From Candidatus Aenigmatarchaeota archaeon (GTDB lineage Archaea > Aenigmatarchaeota > Aenigmatarchaeia > QMZP01): 64,000 bases of DNA. Below, piece after piece: positions 57,756 to 64,000 of this stretch (position 1 is its first letter; each line of letters begins with the position of its first letter). The notes beneath the pieces were generated by a model, which ran no database searches, was not told where the DNA came from, and saw only the letters and a program-made list of their open reading frames with translations. A program made the position numbers and the translations under genes. The DNA lies in NCBI GenBank assembly GCA_043824495.1, contig JBDRSV010000005.1, positions 64,001-128,000 of the forward strand, given 5' to 3'.

Positions 57756-57785
57756 CAGAGGCGGGTGTATATCCGCCCGCCTCTG
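57756..57785 (+). terminator. Strong GC hairpin
   Basis: cagaggcggg ... cccgcctctg, perfect 10-bp stem. Confidence 0.65.
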
Positions 57786-57812
57786 CATATTACTAACCCT
57801 TAAGGAGGGTAT

Positions 57813-58490
57813 ATGAGAGCTATAGAAAAATTGCTTGCCCTTCTTGCGGGCTTGTACACAAACAGAACTGAAGGCGCCGGAGATTTTTTTTTGGACAATC
57901 TCTGGATCGGTGAGCTTCTCACTAAAGCCAAAAAATCTGGAGAACTGATCCCTGATGATCTGAAGGAAATCTTTTTGAGGGCTTCGAAGGAGAGAGGTAT
58001 AGCTCCTGAAGTTCTTGAAGAAGCGTTCGCAGATCTTATTGGGATCCTACAGTGTTTACTTCATCTTTCTGAACACGAGACATACGGATTTGTCTTGGAG
58101 ACTCTCGAAGAAGAGCCTCTTTTTCTTCTTGTTCCTGCGACTCTGACAGATGATGAAAGAAAAGAAGAGCCGGTTTTTATTGCTGTTCCTCTGCCTCCAG
58201 CATCGAAGACCAAAAAGAAGCGACCAAAACCACAGACAGAAGCAGAAGTAAAGGCAGTCTTCGTTGAAATACATGAGATTGATGGTTCTGGTGGAGTTGA
58301 AAGAGCTTTACGTGCCATGACAAGGACCATATCAATCTCCAACGACGGAAATAGTGGTAAGATCAGTTGGTCGAAGGTTGTTACTCTGCTCATGAAATTT
58401 TATCCTGACATCTTCTGGCAAGAACCTAGCGAAGAATTTATCAAAGCAATGATAGTCGACTTCTTGGATAGGTGGAAAGAACTGGTATAG
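57813..58490 (+). CDS. Orphan protein, paralogue of the 54980 N-terminal domain
   Basis: AAGGAGG Shine-Dalgarno; shared AKKxGxL...VLExAxxDLxGIxxCLLHxSxHxTxGxVL. Confidence 0.75.
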   Translation: MRAIEKLLALLAGLYTNRTEGAGDFFLDNLWIGELLTKAKKSGELIPDDLKEIFLRASKERGIAPEVLEEAFADLIGILQCLLHLSEHETYGFVLETLEEEPLFLLVPATLTDDERKEEPVFIAVPLPPASKTKKKRPKPQTEAEVKAVFVEIHEIDGSGGVERALRAMTRTISISNDGNSGKISWSKVVTLLMKFYPDIFWQEPSEEFIKAMIVDFLDRWKELV

Positions 58491-58520
58491 GCAATCGGGG
58501 GGAAAGTTCTCGATTGCTTT
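58491..58520 (+). terminator. Intrinsic-terminator-like hairpin followed by T residues
   Basis: gcaatcggg...ctcgattgc-ttt immediately after the stop; marks the island's right edge. Confidence 0.6.
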
Positions 58521-58587
58521 ATAATGTCTAATTAAAGGGATATAAAGGACCAGAAAACCATTTAAGTTTTCTCTACATATATGTACT

Positions 58588-59211
58588 ATGGCAATGGAGA
58601 GAGTTACCACAAGAAAAACAAGAATTGCTGATATTACAGCAGGTCAGTGGGTTAAGAAAGAGGGATTTGAGCCTAGTTTCATAATAACAAAAGAAGGTCA
58701 TAAGATATCAAGAGCTAGGATACTTGCAACTATAGTTTCTAAATTTACAGCAGAAGATGGAAACTTTGGTTCTATTACTTTGGATGATACTACTGATACC
58801 ATTAGGGCAAAGACGTTCAAGACTGTCAAGCCTCTGGAGGGCTTAGATATAGGCACATTAGTTGATGTTATAGGAAAGATAAAGGAATACAATGGCGAAA
58901 TCTACGTCATACCTGAGATTATCAGGAAGATAGATGACCCCAACTTCCTGACACTGAGAATTCTAGAAACCAAATCAAATAGATCTGAATCTACAGAAGA
59001 AAAAGAAGAATCAGTTGTTGATCCAGAAGAAAAGAACGATCTAAGAATGGACATTATTAAGATAATAGAAAATTCTAAAGATGGGGCTACATTCAAAGAT
59101 ATAATAAAGAATGTGAAAGCAGAAGAGTCTCAAATAGAATCTGTAATAAATGAGCTTCTCTCAGAAGGTGTTTGTTACGAACCTACACCAGGTAAGATAA
59201 AGAAGATTTAA
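58588..59211 (+). CDS. RPA32-like OB-fold single-stranded DNA-binding protein with C-terminal winged helix
   Basis: ISRARILATIV, ITLDDTTDTIRAKTF, VDVIGKIKEYNGEIYVIPE, EGVCYEPTPGKIK. Confidence 0.88.
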   Translation: MAMERVTTRKTRIADITAGQWVKKEGFEPSFIITKEGHKISRARILATIVSKFTAEDGNFGSITLDDTTDTIRAKTFKTVKPLEGLDIGTLVDVIGKIKEYNGEIYVIPEIIRKIDDPNFLTLRILETKSNRSESTEEKEESVVDPEEKNDLRMDIIKIIENSKDGATFKDIIKNVKAEESQIESVINELLSEGVCYEPTPGKIKKI

Positions 59212-59222
59212 TTTTAAATTGA

Positions 59223-62200
59223 TTAAATTGGAAACAAGTTACCTTCACATATCCAACCGCCACCAAAGTAACCTGAATCAGCTTGATATTGGAATTCATA
59301 GAACCAACATTCTTGACCACCATAGTGTCCCAGAACAGGTCCGCCAGTTATATCTACTCTTCTGCTTGTACTGGCGAATGAATTAGCAGAATCTCCTTGT
59401 GGTGGGTTTTTGAATAGAGGTGCTGTTGAAGTTGTTTTTGCTTTATTCTTTAATGGATCATCAGCGTTAAATCTTGTTGATTCTACTTGTGCATATGAAT
59501 AAACCTTAATTGATTGGGTTGATGTATTATACCAACTTCCATCATCTACTATTAATTTCAATGTGTATTGATTTGGTCCGGGATTTGTTTCTCCTGATAA
59601 TCCAGTGTAATCAGGTTCGCCATATGCATGAGATATTGTATGTATTTGTCCACTTGATAGTCCACTACTTCTACTTACAGTATCAGCGCTGTTATCTCCC
59701 CAAACAACTCTGTACCATATATTCTTGCTTTCAGGATCTTTTATTCTAGCTTTCCATGTTGCAGATACAAGGTTAGTTCTAGGATTAACAACTTCTCCAT
59801 TAAGAGGACTTTCTACCCATTCAATTGTAGGTGGGGTAATACTTGCTGGATTGTATAAATCCTTCTCATCTTTTTGTCCTTTAGTGTCTTCTATAACTAG
59901 ATGAGGATTCCAGTTTCCTACTTCCTGATAAGTATGACTTGGTATCCAAATTACATCAGCTTGTCCTTGAGTGTATATTGTGTTTGCTGTTCCATCATTC
60001 CAACTTACTGTGAATTTCAAAGGACCAGGTGCTCCACCTGTAGCTTTTACATACCATTCAGTTGGCTTTTCATCTATTACTCTATGAACCCTGAAGTCTA
60101 TGATCCTCAATTGTTCATAAAGAGAATTTATCCCAAGTCTCTTTTCTGCTGTTTCTCCTAATTCATTTGTTGCTGTAAGCGTGATTTCTTTTATACCATC
60201 AGTATCATAGGTGTGTTCTACTGCCTTCTCTAAGTGGCAGAAAGTATCATCAGCTATTGTTTCTGATTGGGTGCCTGCTTCCCATGTAATTTTGTATGTG
60301 ATAGTACCTCCATCATATGAGAGACATTCTGGAACATTTGTTTGAATAGACCATGTATATGGTTTACCTACGTAAACACTCGTAGGATTTAGTAAACTTT
60401 CTGGATGTATAGCTAAAGGTGGTTGTTTAGGTGCTGTTTCCAGTGCTAAAGGACTCTCATGAACCCATCCATCTATACCGTCGTCAAAGTTGACATTCCA
60501 CAACCATCCTGGTGATAATGTGGTTATACTTCTTGGGAAGTATAATGGATCTCCTGTTATTACACCTCTATCATTTCTTACATGACTACCAACTTTAACT
60601 GGATCTGATCCGTCTGATGGAATACTGTTGAATACACCAGCAGTATCGCTATCGATTGTAATTCTAACATCTTTAGCGAACGATGCATCCCACTTAGGGA
60701 GAATTGTGAATTTATTGCTTTCCCCTTTGTATGTTGAACTAGATGATGTTATTTTAATCTGGTTTCCACCGCCAGAAACTAGCCAATTGAAATTGCCTCC
60801 ACCATAACTTGGATGACCTTCGCTTAATAAATTGCTACTAGTTACTACATTATCAGAATTTTTACTAATCAAGCGGATCCAAATCTTGTCAACTTCTGTA
60901 GGGGCTGTCCACTGAATTGAGAAAAGATCTCCTATATATAATACTTCGCCTCCTTCAGGTTTTATGACTTGTATATCTGCCGATGGTTCAGGATCGTCTG
61001 GCTGGTTTGGCATTGTCAGAGTAACTTGTGTGTGTCTACCTAAACTAACAGATTCTTTACCGTCTGTGACTGTTAACACGACATTGCGATCATTTATACT
61101 CTCTGGGCTGTAGAAACCATACTCATGTTGGACTGTTTTAGGTACATTACTCTGAACAAAATAAAATACTTCAGGATCTTTACTTGGTTCATCCCAATCT
61201 ATTGATGCTGTTAAATCTTCGTTATCTTCATCGCTTACAATAAAGGTCCATGTACCTTTACCAGAATCTATGTAGGCATCTACAGTTGCAGGGCCGGTGA
61301 AACTAACTATCTTAGGTGCATTGTTTGCATTTGGGTCTGGTATATTACATGTAGGAGCAGATGTTCTACCGTAAAAGTAATCAATTAGGATGTATAGATC
61401 ATCAAATGTTATGGCATCGTCTCCATTCAAATCACCAACAGCTTTATCTATGACTCCTGTGTTCTCGATTAGTTTTGATGTCAAAAATCCTATATCAATC
61501 ATATCAATTTTTGTGTTCTTGTTTATGTTACCACATGTAAATTGATCTACATTTTTTGTTGTTGAACCACATGATAATGTTTGACATATACCACCTGTGC
61601 ATGTTGGAGCAGCGCCGCCATTGACGCTGATTATCAAAGGCTTTAGATCAAATGGTGTTACAAAACCATCACCATCTGCATCTCCATTACCTTCTAATGT
61701 TCCAGCAGAAAATAAATAATTATTCAAGTCTCTGAGATCTTTCACATTTACTTGGCCATCACCATTTGCATCACCACAGCTTACAACTATAGGTGGTTCG
61801 CATGTTGGTGCGTTTCCACTACCATAAACATAATCAATTAAAACAGCTAAATCCAGAGCATCTATTACATTGTCATCGTTTAGATCACCATTAGCAGTGT
61901 CTGGTGTAGCCTGATTCTGGAAATGTGTAGTCGTGTCAGAGAATGCTGCTGCAGGAGGACCTGTCCCTGGAATTTCAAGGCTACCACCAAAGAATACTGC
62001 ATTACCTAATACAAAAACATCAAGATTGTCTATATCTAAATCTGCGTCCATGTTACCACATGCATTCTTTTCAGCTGTGTGATTCTTTTCACATTCACCA
62101 TTTTCACATATTTCAGTACCTTCGGTACATGTTGGTGCATACCCTTCAGTATATGTATTGTAAATAAGGACACTAAGATCCAGTAATGTGACTTCCCCAT

Positions 62201-63392
62201 CTCCATCCAAATCAATTATTGCACCTCCTGATGCTTCATCCTTGAAAATAATTCCAGCCAACATATCTACATCGTCTTTGTCTCTCTTGTTATCTTCATT
62301 TACATCACCACAACTAACTGTTGGATCTGCTGGTTCATCACCACAATATATAGGATAATCATCAGGATTTCCTAGATGACCAGAAAGAAGATTTCCGTCG
62401 TCGTTGTTAAGTAAACTATCTCCATTAATATCAGTGATATCTGTTGGAGGCTGGTTTAGACGAATTAGTTGCCATAAACTTGTTATGTCGCTTACATCTA
62501 TATTTCCATTACCATTCAAATCACCACACATTGCTTCTGAACAAGCAGAATTTGTGGTGCAAGCATCATCATCACAATCAACTAAAGAATCACAATCATT
62601 ATCTTTATCGTCGTTACAAACTTCTGCAACGGGTTTAACTGTATTTTCTGTGTCTTCACACTCTCCCCATTCACCATCAACACAGAATTTGATTCCTGGT
62701 TTACATAGTCCTACATTGGATCCACATGGCGAGTTGGCACCCTCGGAGCATAAGAACCCCTCGTCTACTTCTCCATCACAATCATTATCTTCTCCGTCAT
62801 TGTAAATAGGATCAGATAATTCATCTTCTGTTTCAGGTCCTACATAACCTGTACAATCGCTCCATACACCATCTTCACATAATTGTTCTCCAAATTCGCA
62901 GACTCCTTCTTCAGTTGGACCGCATGGGATTGGAGCAGAACCTTCTGTACACTCAGATCCAGGAAGTTCTGTTACTGAGACACTAGCATCTATTATAAAT
63001 GGTCTGCATAAAACATCACTCTTAACTAGTGTATGTAATGGTACTTTCTTAACTGTCCATGCGACAAGATTTTCAGTAGCTCCTTCAGCTTTTACTACAA
63101 ACTTATATGCTGAATCAACGTCTATACTAGAATTTTCACAATCATTTCTTATCTTATCTAATATGCCGTTTGCTAGATTTAATTGATTATAAATTGTGAG
63201 ATTAATAATAGAATTTGGATAAGTATTAATGTAAAGCCTGAACTCAGGGCTTGCTTCTTTTAATGAATCTATAACAAGATCCCCTACTTGTGAAATCGGT
63301 ATTTCAGAACTAGGTGAATCACTGGTACATCCAGAAACAAGTATTACGAATATAGGAAGTATTATTATCAATTTTGCTAGCCCAGTGCTCAT
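59223..63392 (-). CDS. Large surface lipoprotein: Cys metal-binding motifs, five dockerin-like domains, PKD-like repeats, SH3-like insert
   Basis: LVSGC lipobox; DGEDNDCDGEVDE and EVCNDDKDNDCDSLVD; five CGD/N-initiated paired Ca-binding loops; TVSWNDG / VVWGDNS PKD motifs. Confidence 0.88.
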   Translation of the reverse strand: MSTGLAKLIIILPIFVILVSGCTSDSPSSEIPISQVGDLVIDSLKEASPEFRLYINTYPNSIINLTIYNQLNLANGILDKIRNDCENSSIDVDSAYKFVVKAEGATENLVAWTVKKVPLHTLVKSDVLCRPFIIDASVSVTELPGSECTEGSAPIPCGPTEEGVCEFGEQLCEDGVWSDCTGYVGPETEDELSDPIYNDGEDNDCDGEVDEGFLCSEGANSPCGSNVGLCKPGIKFCVDGEWGECEDTENTVKPVAEVCNDDKDNDCDSLVDCDDDACTTNSACSEAMCGDLNGNGNIDVSDITSLWQLIRLNQPPTDITDINGDSLLNNDDGNLLSGHLGNPDDYPIYCGDEPADPTVSCGDVNEDNKRDKDDVDMLAGIIFKDEASGGAIIDLDGDGEVTLLDLSVLIYNTYTEGYAPTCTEGTEICENGECEKNHTAEKNACGNMDADLDIDNLDVFVLGNAVFFGGSLEIPGTGPPAAAFSDTTTHFQNQATPDTANGDLNDDNVIDALDLAVLIDYVYGSGNAPTCEPPIVVSCGDANGDGQVNVKDLRDLNNYLFSAGTLEGNGDADGDGFVTPFDLKPLIISVNGGAAPTCTGGICQTLSCGSTTKNVDQFTCGNINKNTKIDMIDIGFLTSKLIENTGVIDKAVGDLNGDDAITFDDLYILIDYFYGRTSAPTCNIPDPNANNAPKIVSFTGPATVDAYIDSGKGTWTFIVSDEDNEDLTASIDWDEPSKDPEVFYFVQSNVPKTVQHEYGFYSPESINDRNVVLTVTDGKESVSLGRHTQVTLTMPNQPDDPEPSADIQVIKPEGGEVLYIGDLFSIQWTAPTEVDKIWIRLISKNSDNVVTSSNLLSEGHPSYGGGNFNWLVSGGGNQIKITSSSSTYKGESNKFTILPKWDASFAKDVRITIDSDTAGVFNSIPSDGSDPVKVGSHVRNDRGVITGDPLYFPRSITTLSPGWLWNVNFDDGIDGWVHESPLALETAPKQPPLAIHPESLLNPTSVYVGKPYTWSIQTNVPECLSYDGGTITYKITWEAGTQSETIADDTFCHLEKAVEHTYDTDGIKEITLTATNELGETAEKRLGINSLYEQLRIIDFRVHRVIDEKPTEWYVKATGGAPGPLKFTVSWNDGTANTIYTQGQADVIWIPSHTYQEVGNWNPHLVIEDTKGQKDEKDLYNPASITPPTIEWVESPLNGEVVNPRTNLVSATWKARIKDPESKNIWYRVVWGDNSADTVSRSSGLSSGQIHTISHAYGEPDYTGLSGETNPGPNQYTLKLIVDDGSWYNTSTQSIKVYSYAQVESTRFNADDPLKNKAKTTSTAPLFKNPPQGDSANSFASTSRRVDITGGPVLGHYGGQECWFYEFQYQADSGYFGGGWICEGNLFPI

Positions 63393-63440
63393 ATAATAAT
63401 ATAGTATTTAACAATATTTATAGTTGTTTTTAATTTAATA

Positions 63441-63800
63441 TTAAACTTCTAATGTTTTTTCTTTAACACAAAGAAAACTACTTATAGAAGGATCAATCCA
63501 GCCAACTAAATAATCTTTTGTTTCTTCGGCTTTTACTGTGACCCTATACAATTTTTTAACTTCTATGTTTGGATTATTACAGTCGGTTCTAACATCTTCT
63601 ATTAAGTCTGACATTTGTTCTTCTGTGAATAGTTTCAAAGAAATTTCAGCTGTCGGGTGATCTGTTAAATAACTATTAATTTCTGTGTTCAAAGTAAGTA
63701 AGTCTTGAGGATTTAGATCTAAATCTTCTATGTTTGTGCATCCAGAAATTAAGATAATTAGTAAAGGTAGTAGAATGATAGATTTTATCAACTTTGTCAT
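63441..63800 (-). CDS. Small lipoprotein paralogous to the N-terminal domain of the 1389-aa protein
   Basis: ISGC lipobox; DVRTDCNNPNIEVKKLYRVTVKAE vs KIRNDCENSSIDVDSAYKFVVKAE. Confidence 0.75.
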   Translation of the reverse strand: MTKLIKSIILLPLLIILISGCTNIEDLDLNPQDLLTLNTEINSYLTDHPTAEISLKLFTEEQMSDLIEDVRTDCNNPNIEVKKLYRVTVKAEETKDYLVGWIDPSISSFLCVKEKTLEV

Positions 63801-64000
63801 ATTATTATATACACGCTGAATATATTAGTCTTTTTTGGACAATTTGGGGGTACCATTAAGTATTTAAATTATAGTATTATTATGTAACTATCTAATAGTG
63901 ACAATACAATATATCACCTATCATTTTCCACGTTCAACAAATTCAAATTTCCTAATTCGGTTTTCAGAATTGAATTAGAGAATCTTAATAGATGCACAGG

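Noticed and set aside
54883-57788. Alternative-frame and antisense ORFs in the third island
   Set aside because: They overlap longer ORFs that have Shine-Dalgarno sites and paralogy support.
1-64000. CRISPR array, rRNA, transposase or integrase
   Set aside because: No regularly spaced repeat-spacer run, rRNA-like stretch, or DDE/tyrosine-recombinase motif was seen by eye.

Overview
This is chromosomal DNA from an AT-rich archaeon, most likely DPANN (inference from gene content). Archaeal markers are EF-1alpha, rpS6e, CTP-dependent RibK, archaeal riboflavin synthase, an RPA-type OB fold, a class III pilin, and TATA boxes about 22-30 nt upstream of many start codons. Three visibly GC-richer blocks with bacterial-style signals interrupt it: about 1.1-4.6 kb (thiolase plus HAD-ECH fusion), about 47.6-49.4 kb (two atypical tRNA genes plus small membrane proteins), and about 54.9-58.5 kb (three related orphan proteins). 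Main observations: (1) two tandem, complete bacterial-type ECF sigma factor genes sit behind archaeal TATA boxes, downstream of EF-1alpha and a PHPT1/Janus-like gene, and a third SigH-like region-2 protein lies at 5.2 kb; (2) an RHS/YD toxin appears split into three separately secreted polypeptides, with an HExxxH tip and a convergent lipoprotein; (3) a tRNA-Leu has anticodon AAG, which is not expected in archaea; (4) there is a five-dockerin surface protein and a dockerin-bearing transglutaminase; (5) several ORFs absent from the supplied track were read by hand. All domain calls come from motif recognition by eye; no database searches were run. No CRISPR array, rRNA, integrase or transposase was seen.
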